From assembly GCA_963796955.1 (NCBI GenBank), contig CAWCNJ010000005.1, positions 32,001 to 96,000 on the forward strand: 64,000 nucleotides of DNA. The letters are read 5' to 3'. Below, one piece after another: positions 50,270-63,300 of the stretch. The translations under genes and the position numbers were made by a program. The notes under the pieces are model-generated. The model worked only from the letters and a program-made list of their open reading frames with translations, made no database searches and was not told the DNA's origin. Each line of letters opens with the position of its first letter. Position 1 is the first letter of the stretch. Origin of the DNA: Endomicrobiales bacterium. Its GTDB lineage: Bacteria; Elusimicrobiota; Endomicrobiia; Endomicrobiales; JALOBY01.

Positions 50270-51343
50270 GTGATGATACCTTTAGTAATTTCAATTATCA
50301 TTTTTGCAGCCGTGATAGCCGCCGTCTCGATCTTTTTTGCTTTGAGACAGAAACCTGATAACTCTGCCGCCCTGCTGCAGCAGCAAATGGAGGGACTCAG
50401 GCGGCAAATGGCCGACAGTATTCAAAAAAACACCGATGCCATGAACCAGCAGCTGAATAATATTACCAGCCAGCTCATGAATTCCCAAAAGACGGTGAAC
50501 GAGCGGCTGGACAACGCGGCCCGGGTGGTGGGTGATGTGCATAAGGAACTGGGATCGCTTGCCAAGGCCAGCGAACAGATATTCAATGTGGGGAAAGACA
50601 TAGCGGGTTTGCAGGAAATTCTGCGCGCGCCGAAATTGCGCGGTTCTTTAGGCGAGCTTTTCCTTGGGGATCTGCTGGGACAGCTGTTACCCGCTGCGCA
50701 TTTTACGATACAACATAAATTCTGCAGCGGCGAAATAGTGGATGCCGCCATCCGCCTGGGCAGCGGCCTGGTACCGGTAGACTCGAAATTTCCGCTGGAA
50801 AATTTTAAACGGGTGCTGGACACGACCGACGAGGCGGAACAAAAAGCAGCCCGTAAGCAATTCGGCCGCGACGTAAAAAAACATATCGACGCGATCGCGT
50901 CAAAATATATCTTACCTGACGAAGGCACGTTCGATTTCGCGTTGATGTATATTCCGGCGGAAAATGTATATTATGAAACGATAATAAAAGATGAGGATAC
51001 CACTGAAAGCAGCCTCTCGGCATACGCGCTTTCGAAACGGGTGATACCGGTTTCCCCTAATTCACTTTTCGCGTATTTGCAGGCGATCGTGCTTGGTCTG
51101 CGCGGCCTCAGGATAGAGAAAAGCGCGCAGGAGATAATTGCGCACCTGGCGCGGCTGAAGGGCGATTTCGCCCGGTTCAATGAGGAATTCGACACACTGG
51201 GAAAGCATATAACCAACGTAAAAAACCGCTATGACGACGCCGCTAAACGGCTGGAGAAATTCGACACCAAACTCCAATCCTCCGGCGACGACCAGCTGCC
51301 TGCCGCCGCCTGCGCGCCGGAACAACCAAAACTGCATCTTTAA
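50270..51343 (+). CDS. rmuC: DNA recombination protein RmuC
   Basis: N-terminal TM plus coiled coil; RGSLGE, VDSKFP, KYI, DFALMYIPAE and VSPNS. Confidence 0.92.
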   Translation: MMIPLVISIIIFAAVIAAVSIFFALRQKPDNSAALLQQQMEGLRRQMADSIQKNTDAMNQQLNNITSQLMNSQKTVNERLDNAARVVGDVHKELGSLAKASEQIFNVGKDIAGLQEILRAPKLRGSLGELFLGDLLGQLLPAAHFTIQHKFCSGEIVDAAIRLGSGLVPVDSKFPLENFKRVLDTTDEAEQKAARKQFGRDVKKHIDAIASKYILPDEGTFDFALMYIPAENVYYETIIKDEDTTESSLSAYALSKRVIPVSPNSLFAYLQAIVLGLRGLRIEKSAQEIIAHLARLKGDFARFNEEFDTLGKHITNVKNRYDDAAKRLEKFDTKLQSSGDDQLPAAACAPEQPKLHL

Positions 51344-51356
51344 TAAACAACAACCG

Positions 51357-54300
51357 TTATCCTGCCCGCAGCACTTCTGCGACAGCCTCACTATCAAAGA
51401 TGGTTTGGTCTATGCGGATATTTTTCGGCAGTTTGCGCTCGGCGTAAGCGACGATCAGGGCGATCACTGTATTTATGTCCTGCGGTTTGGTTGAATCGTG
51501 CAGGCTGAACACGTTTTCCCGCAATTTGCGGTAGAATTCGGCGGTGTTCGTGAGTTCTTTCCTGGCCGCCAGATCAGGCGGTATTGCCGTACCTTTGGCC
51601 TCCAAAGCGCCGGCCTGCTGCTCGATCAGATCCTTGCCGAGGATCACCTCTAAATCGCCATCTACAAGACAATCATGTTCCCCATTCCCCAAACGGGATT
51701 TTGCGAACATTTTTTCTGCTAACGCAATTAAGAAGGCCTTCTCAAGCACCGGGTACTGCGCAGGATCTTCCTTCTGTATTTTCTCTAGATACGTTTTCAC
51801 AGCACCGCTTTCATGGATACCCATTGCGGTCTTTATGGCGGCAACATTTCCGGTTTTAGCGTCTTTCGCAAACTGTACCGTATCCGCAGGCATGGCTGGC
51901 AGAACATCGCGGTCCCAGGAGTAGGCTACATTTTTTACATAATTTTCCGACAATGTGTTGGCGCTGTACAGGCTGAGCACCGCCGTCTTAAGGATCTCTG
52001 CAAGTGCGGTCCGGTCGGTGATCGGACGATCACCGCCCTTGAGCAGCCCCTTAAGCTCGCTCAGCTTCAGGATCTTACACGGCGACTTGGAGCTGCCCAA
52101 CTTGCTGCGCAGGGCGGGAGCGCCGTCATAGCCGGTAATGTCTTCGGCTCGCATGGCCGCCTGATCGATGTAACGTATCAGCTTTTGTTGATCGCCCCTG
52201 CCGGAAATATAGCCATAAAATCCAAGAGCGCGATACCGGTCTGTAGTGCCAATGTCGGCGGTAAGGTCAACGCATATGCGCACCCCTCTTTTGCGGGCCA
52301 GTTCGACCAGCGCCTCTATCCGCTCGTCACTTATACCCCCGAACACTGCGGGCTCCACGATCATCTGCCCGTTGCCTGCTTTATTGAAAGCTTCAAGATT
52401 CGCCATAAAATCAGTAATATTCGCCTGACCGTCAAGGCGAATAAATATATTCTGCGGCAAAGCCTCGCTTTCAGCCTTTCTAATAACCTCAAGCTCGGCA
52501 AGCTTAACCGGAATAGCCTCTCTCCTGCTTAAACCCGGCACATCAAAGAAATCAGATGAAACGGCCACACTACCGTCTGACATGTTTTGTATAGACTTTT
52601 CTGATGCAGAATGATCAATGATAAACCCTGGGACAAAACCGCGGGAGCGCAGATCGGAGTTCGTCGCCATAAGCAGATCAGAAAGTTTTTCTTCCGCCCA
52701 TGCGTCACCTTTCATACCTGGTTCGTCCGTGATCGCACCATTGATGGTCTGCGCAACAACATGCGCGTCCGAACCCTCGGAAAACACCGTCAACGCCCCT
52801 TCTTTACTACATGCCCATATAGGTTTACCATTAACGTTTATCCCTAAATCCTGCCAATCATGATCCTCCCAGCCGTCCGGCCTTTTATCCATGCAATAAA
52901 TTTCAGTGCGCACCCGCCCTGCAGCATCGATCGACGCTGCACCAAAGTCCTTCACCGCCAGCTCTAACTCCGCCGCCTTTACAACATGCCAGTCAAGCGA
53001 CGCTTCAGCAGCCAGTTTAGGTATAAAGGAAGCAGGTGGCATTGGAATTTTTAATTGTTCGAAATTCAGCTTATTGGAAGCCTTACTCACGTCAATAAGA
53101 TCCGGGTTAGGGTTGCCGCTTTTAAAGCTTACGTAACCTGCCGTTTCTTTTTCGGAAAGTGTTGTCACTAATCTGCCGTCAAAGCTTTTCCAGACCCAGC
53201 CTTTTCTACCGCCCAATCGGCTATGCCCGACTACCAACGTACCGCCCGGAACCCCCATTCTCGACAGAAAATCCAGTACATCTCGTTTTGTAAACTCATT
53301 AATCGGATTATCCGTTTCCTCTCTTCCCCATATCAAGTCCTCTACCAGGCGGTTGGCACAATCCAGCGGATTTGCTTTCTCGATCGCCTGCGCATCCGCG
53401 TCGCCTTTTACCGGGCCGCCGTGCGCCGCGACAAAATCTTTCCCAAGTACCGCAAGCGGACTTAACCCAAGCGCGCTATTGTAGAGCTTTAAGTAATCCC
53501 GGCCATATTGCCGGATAAGCGCGTTTTCATACTCCGCAAATTGGTTAACCATTTTGAAATTAGTAGTTCGTCTGGGCCCCATCCGTATGTCCAGGTCGTG
53601 ATTGCCGGCGACGTAATACACCCCATCGGGGTTCTGTATGGTTAACTGCATTATGAACTGCATCGTTCCTATTGATGAGCCCATTTCTTCTATACCATAC
53701 AAATCTTCCCGGTGAACCGCATCGCCCAGGATTACGATAACCGCCTCCCCCCGCTGTATCTTGCCGAAGTTGTCATTGGTGTTAAGTATCTTTTGCAGGT
53801 TAGATAAGTTGGCGTGCAGGTCTCCGACAATTATTACTTCTTTTCCCTCAGGCAGTTTTGACAGGTCAACCAGAGCGCCGCGCTGGTATTTTCCCTGCCG
53901 CTCCTTAAGTACTTTGTTATACTCCTCAAGCTGGGCAATAGCCTCTTCTTTACCAAGCAGCGTTTTCTTTATTTCCTCTTCAAAGCGCAATTCATTTGCG
54001 AGCCGGTCCTCGTGGTAATTTCCATTTGACCTTATTTCTTCCAAGAGGAGGCCCAGATCAACCGACGAGGCACTACCGTCCGTGGTCAGCAGACTGTAGC
54101 GTATTGGTTTTTTAAAGGTCAGAACCCTGCCGATGTTCACGACGGTCGTTTTGATCAGTACGCCGAGATTATAATGCCAGTGGACGTTGACGATAGCTTC
54201 GGCTATGGCGTTTGAGAGCGCCGTATTGTCCAGCAGACCGGTCCATTCGGTTCCGGGTGGGATAAGGTCACGAACGACGGCCTCGATGTTTGCCAGTGCG

Positions 54301-57300
54301 CTAACGCGAGCGCGGCGATCGGGGCTTGCGAGCCATTGCGCGTATCTCATACCCTGCGGTTTGTGAGCGTCTATGAACGAATCGTATATCTTTGTATTGC
54401 CGCCGATCTTCAGCCCGATGGCGCACGATATCTGCACCAGCTCCGCGCGAGCCGCTCCCAATGGCCCGCGCTCGATAGATACCCAGGCAACGACGAACCC
54501 CCTGCCGAGCCAGAGAATATTGTGGTTGTAAATGAACCGCATGACAGGGTGTTTGGCGATATAATTAGTAACCGTTGCATCGGTGGTAAGCGGTCTTGGG
54601 AAGCCACTGTTATTGGGGTTACCTTTACCGGCTATCAAACCAAAAACTTCTCTTACTGCTCGGTTCATGTTATGTTTGGAAAGATCTATCTCTTGAAACA
54701 TGCGGGCCGCATCTGCATGCAGGGAACCGCCGGACCTGAAAGCATCGCTGCGGTCATAGAGAGAGTTTTCTATCAACTCTATCCAGGGCGTGAAGTAATA
54801 TTCGTTTGAGTCCACGCCCTTGCCGTTTGCTTTACAATATTCCAGGTGTGACGCTTTCAAGTCGCGCAGCAGCGTTGCGGTCCACACTGGCGGGTTGGCG
54901 CTTATCCACTCAAAATCGCCGGCTTGGGCTCCTTTTGCGTTGGCAAACAAAATCATGAGCGCGTCTGCAACTTTCTTTGACACGCCATTGAATTCTTCCG
55001 CAGAAAACTTTTTAACGATCGCCTTGAATACGCGTGAACGGCGTATAAGAACCGCTGTTTGCGCCGGCGACAGCGTTTCCAGCATCTTTAAGATCTGCGA
55101 GCGGTTGCGCAGACTATTAACGATAAGCGGGCTTTCTTTCCAATCTACTGCAAGCAGCGTACCGTACGTGTCCATTTGGCCATCCGAAAGAAATACATTG
55201 TAAAGGAAACTAATATCTTTTCTAAAACCCAGTTTCCCCATAATCCCAGTAAAGCTTGTTCTGACGTAATCCACTGCGAAACTGTCTAGGCTGTTAACCT
55301 GGGCGGCCAGTGCGACCACCGCGCCTAATTGAGTATCAATATCCTTTAAGCTTTCCCTGTCTGGTTGGCGAAGGTCTTGGGGTTGAACGATCCCGCCAGC
55401 TGCCCGCGCCTGCGCAGCGATCTCCGGCTCGTGCAGTATCGCGTCAAGGGTGGAACCGAACGAAGTTGTTGCATAGTATTCCGCTTCCTCTTTGTTTATC
55501 TCACGCCGTTCGTAAGCTGCACGAAGCAGATATTTACCCAGAAGTTTTTCAGGGTCCGCTTTATCCCAGCCCAAACGCGTATACTTTAAGGTGTAGCAAA
55601 ACAACATCAGTTTGGCGGGTTCTGAATATTTATCTATATACAGTGCATCGTTAAATAGAGCCCTTCTTCCTGTTTTGCCCCGGGTTTCGACCATAACATT
55701 CCCGGCATTAAAATCAGGGATAAATTCGCCCATGTTTCTGTCATACATAGGGAAGGCGTACCCTTTGTTGATCAATAGGTCAAAAGCATTGAACACTAAT
55801 TCCCATTCTTCATTCGACATTTGCCCTGTCTGGGCAGCTTTCTCAATATCAATACCGTCGATATATTCAACTTCCAGGTAACCACATTTTGAACCTGAGG
55901 TACTGCCAGCCCTGAATGCGCGTGGCACCGGGATGCCAGCATCGAACAATTCAACGTACGCATCTTTTTCTTTTTGCGCCCCTTGCTCTGAGCTATGCGG
56001 CATAACCCTTATCGCTATTGACCCATCCCTGTAGACCGCCGATAGCTTACCCGCGCCAAGTTTTGTAAGCGGCTTGCCATTAAGCACCAGATTCTGCCCA
56101 TCAAATTTATATGAATAAAGGGAGCGGATTAGATAACTTGATAGTTCCTGTGAAAAGCCTGCAAAATCTAAGAAAGGAAAAAGCCTGGCAATTGCATGGA
56201 CAAGGTTTTGGGAGATAATGGAAATTGATGAGTTAATTACTTCACTATCTTGCTTGGCGAATTCTTGAATGTTGACAAATTCCGGGGATAAGGCGGTCTC
56301 TGTTGCAAGCCATTGTTCGCAAGCATGCCACTGCTCGAACGGCGACAAGTCACCGCGAGGTTTATAATTGGCAAGGAAGTATTTCAGAACTTTTGCTTGA
56401 ATAGAGTTCGGTTCGTTAAGCGCCATATGCTCGGCCAGTTCGTGGGAGAATCGCGCAATTGCTTCGTTTGTATTTTTGTATGCTGCGAGGTCGACGAGCA
56501 GAACGTCTTTGTCCGCCTGAGCCTTGGCGAAGGAGGGCATATTGGCAAGGCCTATGCCATCATCGGTCGCGATAACAGCACCGGTGTGCCTGTTGAATTT
56601 TACGGTCTTTATCTCCGGCAGTGCCTTGGCTGTACGCAAAGCATTGAACTGGTCGAGCAGCCCTCTGGCAGCGGGCGAAATTTGAGCGATCTGGTCGAGG
56701 GTAAATTCTTCGATGCCATCGGGTTTTGAAGGATCGAAACCGAACCGCGCAAGCACGTTCTCTGCCAGTTTTGTCTCATCTTCGCAGGAAGGTACCATGC
56801 CGATTTGCTTAAGGGTCCGGATTGCTCCGGTTAATGCTGCACGGCTGAACCCAAGGAAACCGGATTTTATGTCAGCATGCGGCGCGACAGAGGTCTCATT
56901 CATGCTATCAGGCACAGCCCAGGTTCTTTGCGGTTCTCTGGAAGAGACTGCTGATTCATTGTTCTGGCTACGCCCTTTGATTTGAAAAACTTTCAGGGCG
57001 GGCCACCAAAGAATCGCAAAAAGTACGGCGCCGGCGATAATAAAGGGCATTGAAGGCACTGCGACGAACGCAATAAAAAGTACGGTGGCGCCGCACATCC
57101 AATATAATGAGCTCACAACAACAATGCCGGCTGAATTTTTAGACAGCTTGCCGGGCAACGACCAATTTAATGCCTTGAACGCAAATTTCGGAAGTTTTGA
57201 CTTAAGCATTGCCAGTACGTTCAGGTTGCTCTCCTGAAAGATCAGTGGCGTGAACATCCCCCATATCATGCCTCCTACTGTACTGACAAGATTTCTTTTG

Positions 57301-60300
57301 ACCGTATCGGGCTGAAGGAGAGAGACAAATATTATAACTGACCATGCGAAAAATGAAAGAAAAGTATAATCGGCGCTGTTTTTTCTCAGACGGTCAACCG
57401 ATTTGCTGTAGCTTAGCCCTTCTTTGAAATAGTATCCTGCGAACTGGTTCACAGGATTAAATAACAGGGGTGAAAGAATTATCTGGTTGACTAAGGTTTG
57501 CGAAATTTTCCCGTGAATAAAGTTTATAACCCATCCGTAAACGAACAGACCATATACCGGTGCAAAGAAAAGAGCTGCGGTAAGCGCGTACCGCAGGATA
57601 CGCCAGATGTCATTTTTAGCAGTTTTATGCAAAATATTTTTATCAATACGTTGCGATATATATGTGGCTACGATGGATGACAAAAACCCTTGTGTCATTA
57701 ACTGTGGTAATACGGATAATTTATAGTGGCCAAAAATGCTTGCGCCGTGAACACCAAGAACAAAATGGGCGAAAACAGCAAAAAGCCCAATAAGCGCCGT
57801 GTATATCAGAGATTCTTTTACCCTTACAGCTGTCGAAGATGGGGCCGGTTCAGGTTGAGGGGTCGCGTTTTCAGAATATTCGTATCGAAGTGGACTTAAG
57901 AAGGAATTCACCTTTGCCAAACCGTAGGCTTTAATCGTCTTTTTATATTGACTATGTGTATCACGATTTTCATATAAGCGTGCCAGCGCACTTATAACAT
58001 TATCGCGGTTGGCCCTGTAGAACGCGTTTTCATGCAGATAACCGTCAAATTTACGAATATAGTCTTGTTCGTTCAGCCCGGGCTTTTCCAGCAGATCATT
58101 TATATCATCACGTGTAAGCCTAAAGAACTCCAGGACGGCCAAAGCTGATACATCCCCATTCACTCTTTTATGGACACTGTTGACGATCTGCATATCAAAC
58201 CCGGCCCGATCTATATCCTCCGATCTTCGATAGTATCTGAGGAAGGAAGCTATTATAAAATTAGTGAGATTGACGGACGAGGTAGAACGCCACGACACAT
58301 CTTCGTGGATAAGATGCGTTTCGGGCGTCATAAGATACCCGAAAAGAAAGCCGCATTCCCTGATACGCCGTGCCCATTCAGAATTTCCATCGTTGTTGTG
58401 GTCGGGAGGAAAAGGCATGGCGGTAGCGATCTCATCCGGAACGACCATTAACATGCCATCCATTTCTGAAGAATAATATACCCCGTTGCCGAGAGGATAT
58501 TTGAGCTGATTCGACCGCGGCCTGAGCGGCTCGCCGCTCTCGAATACCGGCAGTGACGCAATGCCGATCTCCGGACGATCTTTTAGTAATTTGATCGCCC
58601 GCGGAATAGCGGGGCCCACCATTTTGACATCATCATCTAAATATACACGATATTTGCCTGATGAATGGATGGTTCCAAGATTCATGTTTACGCGAATATT
58701 ATTTATGTTCGAAACGACTATCTTAACCGGGTAGTGAACCGACTGGCACAGGCGTGTGAGAGCGATCTCGCGTTCCCTTGAAAAATTGTTCCTGTCAGCG
58801 ATCACCAACACCAGTTCAACGGCATGGTCCTTCGCAAGGACTTCCAATTCGTTCAAACGTCTTTCAAGGTTTTCGCTCCGGTTTGAAAGTGTAACCATAG
58901 CCACGCTTATCTCACGCGCCGCCCCATCCTTATTGAATGCTCTTACCTCTCCTTCCTGGTACTTCCGCACTTGCGCAAAATACTCTTCGGCTACCCGCAC
59001 GAATTCCGGCCTTCTTTGCCGGAATTCCTTGCGCGCGTCCTCCATTTTCATTGCATCGTCCTGGTCTAGCTTAACACGAACCGGCACAAATTCAATCTTG
59101 CCGTCGATAAGAACAGGCCAATCATTCGTTTCCATTCTTTGCTGCATCAATGTATATGCGATCTCGTCGCTTTCTGTTGTAGCTTTGGGAGCCGGAGCCT
59201 TAGGTGGCGTAGTTGTACTAAGGGACGTGGTTAAGTAATCAAGTAGTGCCGTAGATACCTGCGCAAGGTTGACGACCGGGAAGATGCGGACTAAGGCTTC
59301 GGCAAGGCTTTGGGCGATCGTTGGGAGGGAGGTTTCAATAAGTTTTGCATCTTGTTGGGCAAATTCTTTTAATGCATCAAAGTCTTGTTTTGAAATTCTG
59401 TTTTTGACAAGTATTCCCTGGATCTCGGGCGAATCGTGGGCAAGGCCGGAAATCCATTTTTGGCAGGCGTGCCACTGCTCAAAGCGTGTGACCGGGAATA
59501 TGTCGCCGCGGGCCTTATGGTAGCCAACGAAATACTCCAGTACCTTCGCCTGAATGGAATCTGGTTCATTAAGCGCCATATGCTCGGCCAGCTCGTGGGC
59601 AAAGCGGGCCAGCGCTTCTTCAGGGGAGCTGTAGCGGGCTGCGTCCATAGTGAGCGTTCCGGTATTGCCGGGCGCATCCATATTGGCTAGGCCCATGCCA
59701 TCTTTGGTGGCAATTATTTCGCCGGTGTGTTTGTTGAATTTAACGGTAGTTATCTCCGGCAGACCTTTGGCTTTGCGCAAGGCGTTGAATTGGTCGAGAA
59801 GACCTTTGGCAGCGGGCGAAATTTGAGCGATCTGGTCGAGGGTAAATTCTTCGATGCCATCGGGTTTTGAAGGATCGAAACCGAACCGCGCAAGCACGTT
59901 CTCTGCCAGTTTCGCCTCATCCTCACCTGAGGGCACTAGGCCAACCTGTTTGAGGGTCTGCATCGCGACTTGCAATGCTTTTTTACTAACACCTAGAAAT
60001 CCCCCTGCCGCATTTCGATGGGATCTTACCTCGTAACAACTAGCAGTGATATCATATCCGTTAAATGTTTCTGTCTGGTCCAGCGTTAGGGCAGAACCCA
60101 GAACAAATGCCTGGAACGCCGATTTTGTTATCTGCGCCCTGTTGCTGAGCGCGCCCTGCATATCAAGCGGTGCGAGCACTTTTACTTTCTTGCCCGTCTT
60201 CGCTTCGATCGTGCGGGCAATATCTTCAGCGTACCCGATCACCCCTTCCAGAATATCATCCGTGCTGTATTTTTCGGTGATGCGCGCTGAAGGGTCAATG

Positions 60301-63300
60301 GCGCGCAGTATCAGCACCGGGTTACCGCCAACCGTGTTTTCCAGTAACAGCGTGCTGCCCGCAAACTGCTCTTCTTCTCCTGAGCCTTCTGATAAAGCTA
60401 CCGCCGTTAAATTCTTCTTTTCCATGATGTTGCTGACCGCTGTGTAGCAGGCATCGCCAAGGTCCCCGGCCATCTCGCCGATAACTCCCTTTGTCGGGCG
60501 CGCGGTGATACGCAGCTTGTCGCCTTCTATTGTCCGGATCCTGCCCAGCTCTTCTTCAAATGTTTTTATCCACATCTTTTTTAAGATCGATCTCTTCATT
60601 TCATCCGGTGTTTGGGCAAGTACATGATCTTTCAGCATCACGTTCCTCATCTCTATCAAAGCCGCGACGCTTTGCACCGACAAACCCGATCGCACTGACA
60701 TCAGCAAACCGGTAGTGAATTCCTGATACTCGGGAGTTGATAGCAGTTGCGCCGCCATGATCGTGATCACCGCTGATGACGGCGTCAGTACCGCTGCGAG
60801 CTCGATGAGGTTGGTTGCATTTGCGACCGCCTGCTTGTCAGTGTCACTCAGCGCGGCTTCAGCGTATTCCGCCTTCAGTTTTGCCAGAACCTTCTCGGGC
60901 GTTTGCTCCTGTTTGACGATCTCTTCCGCCTTCAAAATCGCTTCCTTGAATTGATCAAAAGCGTCCGCGGCCACATTGGAGAATGTTGCCTTGCCGGCCT
61001 TCCGTACTTCAAAGGTATAAGAGATGTTTTCCGCGTACTCAGGTTTTAACGGCGGCACCATACCCGCCGCTTTTCGCGCATTGAAATTTCTGATAAATTG
61101 TGCGATATCCAATCCTCTTTTTGACCCATGCCCCCAGTTCGGCGCGCTGTTAAAACCTGTCACCATGCCGACAATGCCCATCATAAGGGGGCTGTATGTC
61201 CAGTTGTCGGGAATATCCATTTTATCGAACAACTGCCGGTTAATGCTGCGAACCAGTTCCGCCAATTGTCTTATGCCCGCTTCGCCCTGCTCCGTGATGC
61301 CCAGTGCCTTCATTTCCTGCGCCAGGTCCTCGTTCGGCTGCATCACCCGCCTCAGGCAGAGAAACATCTCGAAAAAGGTGCGGTTCGTCATAAAGCCAAA
61401 GCGCGGCAGTGCTTCCTTGAAATAGAGTTCCCATACGGTATCGCTATCTTGCGGCGTTAAACACATACCCTCGATCGCATTTGCCGCGCCTCTCAGGAAA
61501 CTTAACCGTTCATTCCGGCGCTGACTGCTGTACTGCTTTTTGACTATCTCGAACGATCGTGGACCGATCCCGCTGTTGCCGCAAACTCGTACCAGCTCAA
61601 GCTTGGCTTCCAGCTCTACCCCGTGCGAGGCGCCGATGAATTCCTGAAGCGCTTTCATATTTCCTGCTGTTGCAACAACAACAGGGATATCAACGAAAAC
61701 GTTGTAGGTGCTTTCATCGGAAAGCCGTTTGCCAAGTTCAGCAAAATACGTAAGGATTCCCCGGGCGGAATCATCGTCCTTTAAACTATACTCGCCTGCT
61801 TGTTTAACGAACGCCTCGTATTGTTCAAATATCTTTCCGGCAAGCTGACCGGCACCCAGTCCTGAATCAATAAAGGCCAGCAAAAAGGGCTGAGTCGAAC
61901 CGACAGTGTACGCCTTCGTGATAACAAACTGGCGGGCTGTATCATTGAATAAAAATCCCAGCAACGCATTTTGGCTTTCAATGGTTTTCGCCGTACGTAC
62001 GCGTTCATAGATCAGTTTGAGGCACTGGAATTGTGCCGTTGTCGGTTTACCGAAATACCAGCCGGTCATCATGTCGAACCAGCCGTCAACGTCAAGGGTT
62101 GGCATAAACTCTCCGGGAGCATCCATTGCCCGACACTGATGGGTTTTAAATGCAGCGCGCACGTTACAGATCATTTCGGCGGTCTTGAACCTGTTCAATG
62201 TTGCCATGCCGCACAGCGTTGCAAAAAGAAAGATATTTCCTGCATGCAATTCACCGCTTTCAACAAGAGCAATTATTCCTGTACCTGCTGTGCCAGCAAC
62301 CTGTTTCTCGTCAAGGAAACTAAACAAAACCGAAACAATATACAATGTTTCAGGTGTAACCACCTTATGATCAGCGAGTACTTTCAGGGCCTGGTAACGT
62401 GCAGCCGGGTCGTACACTGTAGAGTTTTTATTTGGAACCAACAGCTCGTTTACAACCGTAATGTTGTCTGGCCGAAGAACCCCGGCCTTAGCAAAGGCCC
62501 CCAGGGCTGCAAATGCATCTGTTTTGCAATCGTAATATTCCTCAAAATTTCCACACTGAATACGTTCGTACAGACCCCGCAGGGCCTGGAAATTGTCTTT
62601 GGAAATTGCGCCCGTGGCAAGTACAGCATTTAAAGCGGCAAAGGCTGGTTCGAACTTCTCTTTTCCAACTGTTTGCAGGAATTTTGCGCAATCATCAATG
62701 TTTGACTTGTCAAAGATGTGCAAATGCACCAACAGCTCGGCTGCCTGTCGGGCGAGGGGTTCGTCATTCATCTCGGCGTTCGCCAGAATAGCATCCACTG
62801 CATCCCGGTCGCGGGCGGCGAACATATCTTTGGTTGGCTGGCGGGCGAGAAATTCCTTCGCATTCGCACTGCCGTGTTCAGCAAGAAAATCCATTGCGTG
62901 CAGCAACGGACGCAAAGCCTCAATGCGCTCATCGTCATGGCCCGCTAGGCGGTTGATCAGCCGTTCCACCGTTTCAGTGCATTCACCCGCCGCGCCATCA
63001 CCATGCAAAAACACGCGGGCGCGCACTATGGCGAAGGCTTTTTCGGCGGTAGCCACATCCATCTCGGATGGAAGGTCCGCAAGTCCGCTAAACAACTTGT
63101 CCGCATCCTGCGGAGAAACCAGCATACCGGCTCGCCACAGGTGTTCCATCGCTTCAAAAAATGCCTGTTTACCGTCGTTCCCTGAGGATGTTGTCATCCA
63201 GGTCGTTAACTGGCCGAAAGGGAAGTGCGGTATATTACTTTCATTGTCTTGCCTGGCTCGTTTCGCCGCCGCCATCTCCGCGCCGGTGATCACGCCGGAT

